Positions 1 through 12,709 of a stretch of DNA of 64,000 nt are shown in pieces. Position 1 is the stretch's first letter. The number at the start of each line of letters is the position of its first letter. The stretch lies in contig NIVC01000027.1 of assembly GCA_002269645.1 (NCBI GenBank), positions 806,001 to 870,000 on the forward strand, in the 5' to 3' direction. The notes under the pieces were generated by a model. The model saw only the letters and a list, made by a program, of their open reading frames with translations, did no database searches and was not told the DNA's origin. The stretch comes from Macrostomum lignano (taxonomy: Eukaryota). A program made the position numbers and the translations under genes.

Positions 1-2372
1 CTATGATTTATATGACGTTTCTATGATTGTTTACATGACGCTTCTATGATTGTTTACTTGACGCTTCTATGATTGCTTACATGACGCTTCTATGATTTTT
101 TACATAACGCTTCTATGATTGTTTACATGACGCTTCTACGATTTTTATATGACGCTTCTATGATTGTTTACATGACGCTTCTACGATTTTTTAATGACGC
201 TTCTATGATTTTTTACATGACGCTTCTATGATTTTTTAAATGACGCTTCTATGATTGTTTACATGACGCTTCTACGATTTTTTACATGACGCTTCTATGA
301 TTGTTTACATGACGCTTCTATGTTTGTTTACATGACGCTTCTATGATTGTTTACATGACACTTCTATGATTTTTTACATGACGCTTCTATGATTGTTTAC
401 ATGACGCTTCTATGATTTTTTACATGGCGCTTCTATGATTTTTATATGACGCTTCTACGATTTTTTACATGACGCTTCTATGATTTTTTAAATGACGCTT
501 CTATGATTTTTTACATGACGCTTCTATGATTGTTTACATGACGCTTCTATGATTGTTTACATGACGCTTCTATGATTTTTTAAATGACGCTTCTATGATT
601 GTTTACATGACGCTTCTGCGATTTTTATATGACGCTTCTATGATTTTTTAAATGACGCTTCTATGATTGTTTACATGACGCTTCTATGATTTTTTACATG
701 ACGCTTCTATGATTTTTTAAATGACGCTTCTATGATTTTTATATGACGCTTCTACGATTTTTTACATGACGCTTCTATGATTGTTTACATGACGCTTCTA
801 TGATTTTTTACTTGACGCTTCTATGATTGTTTACATGACGCTTCTACGATTTTTATATGACGCTTCTATGATTGTTTTTATGACGCTTCTATGATTTTTT
901 ACATGACGCTTCTATGATTGTTTACATGACGCTTCTATGATTGTTTACATGACGCTTCTACGATTTTTATATGACGCTTCTATGATTTTTAAAAGACGCT
1001 TCTACGATTTTTTAATGACGCTTCTATGATTTTTTACATGACGCTTCTATGATTTTTTAAATGACGCTTCTATGATTTTTATATGACGCTTCTACGATTT
1101 TTTACGTGACGCTTCTATGATTGTTTACATGACGCTTCTATGATTTTTTACTTGACGCTTCTATGATTGTTTACATGACGCTTCTACGATTTTTATATGA
1201 CGCTTCTATGATTGTTTTTATGACGCTTCTATGATTTTTTACATGACGCTTCTATGATTGTTTACATGACGCTTCTATGATTGTTTACATGACGCTTCTA
1301 CGATTTTTATATGACGCTTCTATGATTTTTTAAAAGACGCTTCTACGATTTTTTAATGACGCTTCTATGATTTTTTACATGACGCTTTTATGATTTTTAC
1401 ATGACGCTTCTATGATTGTTTACATGACGCTTCTATACTTTTTTACATGACGCTTGTATGATTTTTTTACATGACGCTTCTATGATTTTTTAAATGACGC
1501 TTCTATGATTTTTATATGACGCTTCTACGATTTTTTACGTGACGCTTCTATGATTGTTTACATGACGCTTCTATGATTTTTTACTTGACGCTTCTATGAT
1601 TGTTTACATGACGCTTCTACGATTTTTATATGACGCTTCTATGATTGTTTTTATGACGCTTCTATGATTTTTTACATGACGCTTCTATGATTGTTTACAT
1701 GACGCTTCTATGATTGTTTACATGACGCTTCTACGATTTTTATATGACGCTTCTATGATTTTTTAAAAGACGCTTCTACGATTTTTTAATGACGCTTCTA
1801 TGATTTTTTACATGACGCTTCTATGACTTTTTAAATGACGCATCTATGATTTTTATATGACGCTTCTATGATTTTTTACATGACGCTTCTATGATTGTTT
1901 ACATGACGCTTCTATGATTTTTTAAATGACGCTTCTATGATTTTTTAATGACGCTTCTATGATTTTTTACATGACGCTTCTATGATTTTTTACATGACGC
2001 TTCTATGATTGTTTACATGACGCTTCTATGATTGTTTACATGACGCTTCTATGATTTTTTACATGACGCTTTTATGATTGTTTTTATGACGCTTCTATGT
2101 TTGTTTACATGACGCTTCTATGATTGTTTACATGACGCTTCTATGATTTTTTACATGACGCTTCTATGATTGTTTTTATGACGCTTCTATGATTGTTTAC
2201 ATGACGCTTCTATGATTGTTTACATGACGCTTCTATGATTTTTTAAATTACGCTTCTATGATTTTTTTTAGATAACGCTTCTGCGATTTTTAAATGACGC
2301 TTCTACGATTTTTTACATGACGCTTCTATGATTGTTTACATGACGCTTCTATGATTTTTACATGACGCTTCT
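1..2372. repeat. 23-bp satellite array (consensus ACATGACGCTTCTATGATTGTTT / ...TTTTT), open at window start
   Basis: Directly visible tandem units of 22-24 bp with recurring variants. Confidence 0.98.
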
Positions 2373-4259
2373 TTTTAAAAAGTCTTTTAGTTTTCCTGAT
2401 GTTGAAAAGCTTTAATTAAAAAAATTATACTCTATGAAAATTCGAACCAATTCGAACCAAACTGCATTTAGCAGTTCAGTTTGTTCACCTCTAGGCTAGC
2501 TCTCATCGTTTTGATAACATCAAATTTTTCACTTATATAATTCAACACTTTAAAATCCAAGCATAGAGTAAATTACACGAAGCAGTTATGACATAATCAG
2601 TTTCTCAGTCAGTCAGTATCAGTTAACAATATGGTTACGCAATTTAAATCAAGTCTGGTGCTACGCTTCCACACTGAGTTACAATTCAGTTATGATGCAA
2701 TCTATTTCAGAATCAGAATTCAACCAGTCAGTTTTTTCTCTAGCATTCTTACAATGCATTTCAAGTCGAAAAGTTTGCTTGACCTTTGCAAAAAAGCATG
2801 TTTTTCGAATATTTAATGCCTTTAGCATCGAGCAATTTCTTAGCCACGATGCATGTACCGTCACGGGAAAATTTCTGATCGAACAGTGCAAGTTCGAACA
2901 AATGAAATACACGTTTTTTAATAAGCTACATGTAGCCTTGAAATCCTAAAAAATCTCCTGTCAAACTTCTAATAGCCCTATCCCCAACCCTAAACATAAC
3001 CCTAAATTTAATATTTTGTCCATGAGTTTTTGCATGATGCTTCTATGATTTTTTGCATGACGCTTCCATGATTTTTGCATGACGCTTCTATGCTAAACAT
3101 TTTTAATAAGCTACATGAGCTAAGTTATAAGCTACCCTAACCCTAGCACTAACCCGAATCTTAACGCTATAACCCTAACCCTAACCATATACCCTAACAC
3201 TAACCCTACAGCCTGACATCTGTATAAGTTTGTGAAGCGCTAGTAGTATTTTTTTAGCTTAGTATCTTAGCGTTGGGGAGCCAAAAAATGCAGTACAAGT
3301 TTTGTAATAAGCTACATGTAGCATCACTTTGCAATATCTCTCTGCAATATTTGCATCTCTTTGCAATAATATACTGCTTTGCAAGCAGTCCCTTGTAAGC
3401 CTTGACATGTCAGTAATCCCCCCCCACAAGCTTTAACATTTCAACTTCCCCCCTTGACATCTCAGCGATGCTCCCCATAAGCCATGAAATCTAAAAAAAT
3501 CTGTCAACTTTCTAACCCTAACCCTAACCCTAACCTAACCTAACCCTAAAGCATTGACATTTCAGTAATTCTCTCTAAGAGTCATTATAGCACTACTACA
3601 GCATTATAGCGATTCCCTGCAAGCCTCGACATCGTAGGGATTCCCAAATGAATCTCTTAACTTCGACATGAAGCTTCTTATTTTTTACATTACGCTTTTT
3701 CTATCAGCGATCCCTCCCGTGAGGAGCCAACAAATAATGTAATAAAAAGTTTTCAATAGACTACATGTAGCTTCTGACTTTAGCCTTGACATCTCATTTA
3801 TTCCCCCATGAGCCTTGACATCTCAGCTATTCCCCTCGTAAGCCTTGAAATGTCAGCAATGCCCCATAAACCTTGATATCTGAAAAATCCCCTGTTAACC
3901 TTGAAACCCGCTAAAATCTAACCCTCAACCTTTGACACTACGCTTTGACATCGTAGCAATTCCCAAATTAATATTTTAACTTCGATATGACTCTTCTTTT
4001 ATGTATACATAGTGCTTCTTTTCTTTTTTACATGACTCTTCTTCTATCAGCGCCCCCCCGTGGCGAGCCAACAAAGAAGGTAATAAAAAAATTGAGTAAA
4101 CTACATGTACTTTGAAGTAGCTTCTGACTTTTGCTTTGACATCTCAGAAACCCCCCCCCCTAATCTCAGTTATTCTCCGTGAGCCTTGACATCTCAGTAA
4201 TTCTCCCCAGCACAGCACAATAGCTTCATTTAATTTTTACATGACACTTCTTTCATGTC

Positions 4260-5396
4260 TGACATGACGCTTCTTTTGATTTTTACATGACGCTTCTATG
4301 ATTTCTAAAATGACACTTACATTAGTTTTTATATAAGGCTTCTATGACTTTTTACATGACGCTTCTATGATTGTTTATATGACGTTTCTATGATGTTTTT
4401 AGCTCATTAGCTTTTGATGTTTGACGCTTCTATGATTTCTTAAATGCCACTTCCATTAGTTTTTATATAAGTTTTGTAATAAGTTTTGTATAAGTTTTGT
4501 AATTTTTACATGACGCTTCTACGATTGTTTACATGACGTTTCTATGATGTTTTTACATGACGCTTCTATGATTTTTTACATGACGCTTCTATGATTTTTT
4601 ACAGGACCCTTTTTTTTATTTTTACATGACGCTTCTATGATTGTCTACATGACGCTTCTATACTTTTTTACATGACGCTTGTATGATTTTTTTACATGAC
4701 GCTTCTATGATTTTTTACATGACGCTTCTATGATTGTTTACATGACGCTTCTATGATTGTTTACATGACGCTTCTATGATTTTTCTACATGACGTTTCTA
4801 TGATTTTTTACATGACGCTTCTATGATTTTTACATGACGCTTCTATGATGTTTTAAATGTCGCTTCTATGATTTTTTAAATGACGCTTCTATGATTTTTT
4901 ACATGACGCTTCTATGATTTTTTACATGACGCTTTTATGATTTTTACATGACGCTTCTATGATTGTTTACATGACGCTTCTATACTTTTTTACATGACGC
5001 TTGTATGATTTTTTTACATGACGCTTCTATGATTTTTTAAATGACGCTTCTATGATTTTTATATGACGCTTCTACGATTTTTTACGTGACGCTTCTATGA
5101 TTGTTTACATGACGCTTCTATGATTTTTTACTTGACGCTTCTATGATTGTTTACATGACGCTTCTACGATTTTTATATGACGCTTCTATGATTGTTTTTA
5201 TGACGCTTCTATGATTTTTTACATGACGCTTCTATGATTGTTTACATGACGCTTCTATGATTGTTTACATGACGCTTCTACGATTTTTATATGACGCTTC
5301 TATGATTTTTTAAAAGACGCTTCTACGATTTTTTAATGACGCTTCTATGATTTTTTACATGACGCTTCTATGACTTTTTAAATGACGCATCTATGA
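4260..5396. repeat. 23-bp satellite array
   Basis: Tandem ATGACGCTTCTATGATT units. Confidence 0.95.
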
Positions 5397-6118
5397 CTTT
5401 TTATGTGTCAAGCATTTTTTCTCCAGTTCTATTGTTTTGAATGATTCTAGGTATTCGGATAGGTCATACAAATCATTACAACCCAGCATGTCTTTATAAA
5501 AGTCCTCAGTCTCTGCATTCAGAATTAAACTGTCTGTGTCAGTATATAACAGTTTGATTTTATCTTTATATTGCTGCTTCAGGTTATAGAAGAACTTATA
5601 CATTAGACACTTTGATTCATCCAATATAGTGACCCCAGTAAATATTGGCTTTGCTAATTTTGTTTTAGTTTTATAGAATAGGATTGCACCCAAGTGATCA
5701 TTAAATGGATGAAGTTCCTTAAAAGTAGGCTTCGATATACTGGTTAAAAAAACATCCGACTCGGAGGACTTAACGAGCTTCAAGTTTGCTCTTTTTCGTT
5801 CGTTCTCTAGAGTCTTGCCGTAGACAGAATTATTGGCCAGTTTGAACAGATCCTTGTCAAAATATTAGTAGCTTCTGTTCTAAACTGGGTGTTCTTATCG
5901 ATGTAGGGTTTCATCCAGGCTTATTCTGTAAAAGTGAGAGCTCTGTGAACTTTGGTGACCCTACAGCCCAGAGAGATGAAGTATTGAAACAGTTTGTAAT
6001 GGATTTTACACCGTGTCTTGTTGTTCATATTTTGTGTGAGTTTCTTTGTATGTTCTTTCTCCTTCTTAGACAGATACCAAGTTCTATCGTGAGTTTCAAT
6101 AATTTTTGGACATTGAAC
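5397..6118 (-). pseudogene. pPolB: Polinton/Maverick protein-primed DNA polymerase B, C-terminal remnant
   Basis: KPIFTGVTILDESK...LLYTDTDSL (motif C); in 5784-5920 WMKPYID..KLANNSVYGKT.EN (motif B); KLTQNMNNKT..IHY..LG..VTKVHRAL; frameshifted. Confidence 0.9.
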
Positions 6119-6305
6119 TGTAGTCTGGCTTGTTGGTGCGCGTGCACATAGATGTGCACGTTTGGGGGTTGGGGTTTTGCGCTGCAGCGTGTGCGTGCTT
6201 AGGGTGGTTACACCCACCCCAACTTTGGCAATAAATATATTGGCGTGAGCCAGTGAGGTCTCCTCACGTTTTGTTATTCACTGCAACTCAACCCACGGTC
6301 TTACA
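6119..6305 (+). mobile_element. 5' LTR of Gypsy element A (TGTAG...TTACA, 187 bp)
   Basis: TG...CA ends, AATAAA inside, immediately followed by a PBS and a gag start. Confidence 0.8.
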
Positions 6306-6306
6306 C

Positions 6307-6319
6307 TGGTGGCAGCGGT
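6307..6319 (+). other. Primer-binding site TGGTGGCAGCGGT (tRNA-Leu AAG/UAG type)
   Basis: Complementary to the ...ACCGCUGCCACCA 3' end of animal tRNA-Leu; 1 bp after LTR end. Confidence 0.75.
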
Positions 6320-6600
6320 CTCAGTATGGCCAAATCAGAGCAAGCCAGTTTATTGCCTCCAAAGTTTAGCGGTGACTAGCAATCTACGCCCCCCGTTGGG
6401 GAGCCAAAGAAATGCAATACACGTTTTTTTAATAAGCTACATGTATCCTTGAAATCTTAAAAAATCTCCTGTCAAACCTTGTAAGCCTTGACATGTCAGT
6501 AATTCCCCCCCCCACAAGCTTTAACATATCAACTTCCCCCCTTGACATCTCAGCAATGCCCCCAATAAGCCTTGGAAATCTAAAAATATCTGTCAACCTT

Positions 6601-6645
6601 CTAACCCTAACCCTAGCCTAACCCTAACCCTAACCCTAACCCTAA
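6601..6645. repeat. Interstitial telomere-type (CCCTAA)n tract; sister tracts at ~3512-3549, 11961-11997, 15587-15624, 19916-19977
   Basis: Direct reading of CCCTAA units in the same position of each Helitron monomer. Confidence 0.9.
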
Positions 6646-7489
6646 AGCATTGAAATTTCAGTAATTCTCTCTAAGAGTCATTATAGCACTACTACAGCAT
6701 TATAGCGATTCCTTGCAAGCCTCAACATCGTAGGGATTCCCAAATGAATCTCTTAACTTTGACATGAAGCTTCTTTTATTTTTTACATTACGCTTTTTTA
6801 TCAGCGATCCCTCCCCTGAGGAGGCATCAAATAATGTAATAAAAAGTTTTCAATAAACTACATGTAGCTTCTGACTTTAGCCTTGAAATCTCATTTATAC
6901 CCCCGTGAGCCTTGACATCTCAGCTATTCCCCCGTAAGCCTTAACATGTCAGCGATGGCCCCCATAAACCTTGAAATCTGAAAAATCCCCTGCTAACCTT
7001 GAAACCCGATAAAATATAACCCTCAACCCACACCTGACCTAAACCTAACTTTAACCCAACCTAAAGCCTTGAAATCTCAGCAATTCTTCTCCCCTAAGCC
7101 TTGACATTTTAGTGATTCCTTCTTTAAGAATCACAGCACTATAACGATTTCCACCTAGCTTTGACATCGTAGCAATTCCCAAACGAATCTTTTAACTTCG
7201 ACATGACTTTTCTTTTATGTATACATAGTGCTACTTTTATTTTTTACATGACTCTTCTTCTATCAGCGCCCCCCCCCGTGACGAGCCAACAAAGAATGCA
7301 ATAAAAAATGGAGTAAAGTACATGAACTTTGAAGTAGCTTCTGACTTTTGCTTTGACATCTCAGAAACCCCCCCCCGTAATCTCAGTTATTCTCTGAGAG
7401 CCTTTACGTCTCAGTTTTTCTCCCCAGCACAGCATTATAGTTGCATTTAATTTTTACATGAACCCTTCATGTCTGACATGACGTTTCTT

Positions 7490-10400
7490 TTATTCTACCA
7501 TGACGCTTCTAATTTTTTAAATGACACTTTCATTAGTTTTAAATGAGGCTTCTATGATTTTTTCTTGACGCTTCTATGATTTTTACATGATGCTTCTATG
7601 ATTTTTATATGACGTTTCTATAATTGTTTACATGACGCTTCTATGATTGTTTACATGACGCTTCTATGATTGCTTACATGACGCTTCTATGATTTTTTAC
7701 ATGACGCTTCTATGATTGTTTACATGACGCTTCTACGATTTTTTACATGACGCTTCTATGATTGTTTACATGACGCTTCTACGATTTTTACATGACGCTT
7801 CTATGATTGTTTACATGACGCTTCTATGATTGTTTACATGACGCTTCTATGATTTTTAATGACGCTTCTATGATTTTTACATGACGCTTCTATGATTTTT
7901 ATATGACGTTTCTATGATTGTTTACATGACGCTTCTATGATTGTTTACATGACGCTTCTATGATTGCTTACATGACGCTTCTATGATTTTTTACATACGC
8001 TTCTATGATTGTTTACATGACGCTTCTACGATTTTTTACATGACGCTTCTATGATTTTTACATGACGCTTCTACGATTTTTTACATGACGCTTCTATGAT
8101 TGTTTACATGACGCTTCTATGATTGTTTACATGACGCTTCTATGATTGTTTACATGACGCTTCTATGATTGTTTACATGACGCTTCTACGATTTTTTACA
8201 TGACGCTTCTATGATTGTTTACATGACGCTTCTATGTTTGTTTACATGACGCTTCTATGATTGTTTACATGACGCTTCTATGATTTTTTACATGACGCTT
8301 CTATGATTGTTTACATGACGCTTCTATGATTGTTTACATGACGCTTCTATGATTGTTTACATGACGCTTCTACGATTTTTTACATGACGCTTCTATGATT
8401 GTTTACATGACGCTTCTATGATTTATATGACGTTTCTATGATTGTTTACATGACGCTTCTATGATTGTTTACTTGACGCTTCTATGATTGCTTACATGAC
8501 GCTTCTATGATTTTTTACATAACGCTTCTATGATTGTTTACATGACGCTTCTACGATTTTTATATGACGCTTCTATGATTGTTTACATGACGCTTCTACG
8601 ATTTTTTAATGACGCTTCTATGATTTTTTACATGACGCTTCTATGATTTTTTAAATGACGCTTCTATGATTGTTTACATGACGCTTCTACGATTTTTTAC
8701 ATGACGCTTCTATGATTGTTTACATGACGCTTCTATGTTTGTTTACATGACGCTTCTATGATTGTTTACATGACACTTCTATGATTTTTTACATGACGCT
8801 TCTATGATTGTTTACATGACGCTTCTATGATTTTTTACATGACGCTTCTATGATTTTTTACATGACGCTTCTATGATTTTTATATGACGCTTCTACGATT
8901 TTTTACATGACGCTTCTATGATTTTTTAATGACGCTTCTATGATTTTTACATGACGCTTCTATGATTGTTTACATGACGCTTCTATGATTGTTTACATGA
9001 CGCTTCTATGATTTTTTAAATGACGCTTCTATGATTGTTTACATGACGCTTCTGCGATTTTTATATGACGCTTCTATGATTTTTTAAATGACGCTTCTAT
9101 GATTGTTTACATGACGCTTCTATGATTTTTTACATGACGCTTCTATGATTTTTTAAATGACGCTTCTATGATTTTTATATGACGCTTCTACGATTTTTTA
9201 CATGACGCTTCTATGATTGTTTACATGACGCTTCTATGATTTTTTACTTGACGCTTCTATGATTGTTTACATGACGCTTCTACGATTTTTATATGACGCT
9301 TCTATGATTGTTTTTATGACGCTTCTATGATTTTTTACATGACGCTTCTATGATTGTTTACATGACGCTTCTATGATTGTTTACATGACGCTTCTACGAT
9401 TTTTATATGACGCTTCTATGATTTTTTAAAAGACGCTTCTACGATTTTTTAATGACGCTTCTATGATTTTTTACATGACGCTTCTATGATTTTTTAAATG
9501 ACGCTTCTATGATTTTTATATGACGCTTCTACGATTTTTTACGTGACGCTTCTATGATTGTTTACATGACGCTTCTATGATTTTTTACTTGACGCTTCTA
9601 TGATTGTTTACATGACGCTTCTACGATTTTTATATGACGCTTCTATGATTGTTTTTATGACGCTTCTATGATTTTTTACATGACGCTTCTATGATTGTTT
9701 ACATGACGCTTCTATGATTGTTTACATGACGCTTCTACGATTTTTATATGACGCTTCTATGATTTTTTAAAAGACGCTTCTACGATTTTTAATGACGCTT
9801 CTATGATTTTTTACATGACGCTTTTATGATTTTTACATGACGCTTCTATGATTGTTTACATGACGCTTCTATACTTTTTTACATGACGCTTGTATGATTT
9901 TTTTACATGACGCTTCTATGATTTTTTAAATGACGCTTCTATGATTTTTATATGACGCTTCTACGATTTTTTACGTGACGCTTCTATGATTGTTTACATG
10001 ACGCTTCTATGATTTTTTACTTGACGCTTCTATGATTGTTTACATGACGCTTCTACGATTTTTATATGACGCTTCTATGATTGTTTTTATGACGCTTCTA
10101 TGATTTTTTACATGACGCTTCTATGATTGTTTACATGACGCTTCTATGATTGTTTACATGACGCTTCTACGATTTTTATATGACGCTTCTATGATTTTTT
10201 AAAAGACGCTTCTACGATTTTTTAATGACGCTTCTATGATTTTTTACATGACGCTTCTATGACTTTTTAAATGACGCATCTATGATTTTTATATGACGCT
10301 TCTATGATTTTTTACATGACGCTTCTATGATTGTTTACATGACGCTTCTATGATTTTTTAAATGACGCTTCTATGATTTTTTAATGACGCTTCTATGATT

Positions 10401-10809
10401 TTTTACATGACGCTTCTATGATTTTTTACATGACGCTTCTATGATTGTTTACATGACGCTTCTATGATTGTTTACATGACGCTTCTATGATTTTTTACAT
10501 GACGCTTTTATGATTGTTTGTATGACGCTTCTATGTTTGTTTACATGACGCTTCTATGATTGTTTACATGACGCTTCTATGATTTTTTACATGACGCTTC
10601 TATGATTGTTTTTATGACGCTTCTATGATTGTTTACATGACGCTTCTATGATTGTTTACATGACGCTTCTATGATTTTTTTAAATTACGCTTCTATGATT
10701 TTTTTTAGATAACGCTTCTGCGATTTTTAAATGACGCTTCTACGATTTTTTACATGACGCTTCTATGATTGTTTACATGACGCTTCTATGATTTTTACAT
10801 GACGCTTCT
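7490..10809. repeat. 23-bp satellite array inside Helitron A, monomer 1
   Basis: Tandem units; start boundary approximate (degenerate edge). Confidence 0.95.
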
Positions 10810-12709
10810 TTTTAAAAAGTCTTTTAGTTTTCCTGATGTTGAAAAGCTTTAATTAAAAAAATTATACTCTATGAAAATTCGAACCAATTCGAACCAAACT
10901 GCATTTAGCAGTTCAGTTTGTTCACCTCTAGGCTAGCTCTCATCGTTTTGATAACATCAAATTTTTCACTTATATAATTCAACACTTTAAAATCCAAGCA
11001 TAGAGTAAATTACACGAAGCAGTTATGACATAATCAGTTTCTCAGTCAGTCAGTATCAGTTAACAATATGGTTACGCAATTTAAATCAAGTCTGGTGCTA
11101 CGCTTCCACACTGAGTTACAATTCAGTTATGATGCAATCTATTTCAGAATCAGAATTCAACCAGTCAGTTTTTTCTCTAGCATTCTTACAATGCATTTCA
11201 AGTCGAAAAGTTTGCTTGACCTTTGCAAAAAAGCATGTTTTTCGAATATTTAATGCCTTTAGCATCGAGCAATTTCTTAGCCACGATGCATGTACCGTCA
11301 CGGGAAAATTTCTGATCGAACAGTGCAAGTTCGAACAAATGAAATACACGTTTTTTAATAAGCTACATGTAGCCTTGAAATCCTAAAAAATCTCCTGTCA
11401 AACTTCTAATAGCCCTATCCCCAACCCTAAACATAACCCTAAATTTAATATTTTGTCCATGAGTTTTTGCATGATGCTTCTATGATTTTTTGCATGACGC
11501 TTCCATGATTTTTGCATGACGCTTCTATGCTAAACATTTTTAATAAGCTACATGAGCTAAGTTATAAGCTACCCTAACCCTAGCACTAACCCGAATCTTA
11601 ACGCTATAACCCTAACCCTAACCATATACCCTAACACCAACGCTAACACTAACCCTACAGCCTGACATCTGTATAAGTTTGTGAAGCGCTAGTAGTATTT
11701 TTTTAGCTTAGTATCTTAGCGTTGGGGAGCCAAAAAATGCAGTACAAGTTTTGTAATAAGCTACATGTAGCATCACTTTGCAATATCTCTCTGCAATATT
11801 TGCATCTCTTTGCAATAATATACTGCTTTGCAAGCAGTCCCTTGTAAGCCTTGACATGTCAGTAATCCCCCCCCACAAGCTTTAACATTTCAACTTCCCC
11901 CTTGACATCTCAGCGATGCTCCCCATAAGCCATGAAATCTAAAAAAATCTGTCAACTTTCTAACCCTAACCCTAACCCTAACCTAACCTAACCCTAAAGC
12001 ATTGACATTTCAGTAATTCTCTCTAAGAGTCATTATAGCACTACTACAGCATTATAGCGATTCCCTGCAAGCCTCGACATCGTAGGGATTCCCAAATGAA
12101 TCTCTTAACTTCGACATGAAGCTTCTTATTTTTTACATTACGCTTTTTCTATCAGCGATCCCTCCCGTGAGGAGCCAACAAATAATGTAATAAAAAGTTT
12201 TCAATAGACTACATGTAGCTTCTGACTTTAGCCTTGACATCTCATTTATTCCCCATGAGCCTTGACATCTCAGCTATTCCCCTCGTAAGCCTTGAAATGT
12301 CAGCAATGCCCCATAAACCTTGATATCTGAAAAATCCCCTGTTAACCTTGAAACCCGCTAAAATCTAACCCTCAACCTTTGACACTACGCTTTGACATCG
12401 TAGCAATTCCCAAATTAATATTTTAACTTCGATATGACTCTTCTTTTATGTATACATAGTGCTTCTTTTCTTTTTTACATGACTCTTCTTCTATCAGCGC
12501 CCCCCCCGTGGCGAGCCAACAAAGAAGGTAATAAAAAAATTGAGTAAACTACATGTACTTTGAAGTAGCTTCTGACTTTTGCTTTGACATCTCAGAAACC
12601 CCCCCCCCTAATCTCAGTTATTCTCCGTGAGCCTTGACATCTCAGTAATTCTCCCCAGCACAGCACAATAGCTTCATTTAATTTTTACATGACACTTCTT
12701 TCATGTCTG

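Larger units (their letters stand above)
1..5396 (-). repeat. Fragment of the Helitron-derived macro-repeat; near-identical duplicate of ~8416-13843
   Basis: Same order of variant monomers and the same spacer at offset ~8.4 kb (identical spurious ORFs at 2631 and 11068); ends abruptly against pPolB at ~5397. Confidence 0.85.
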
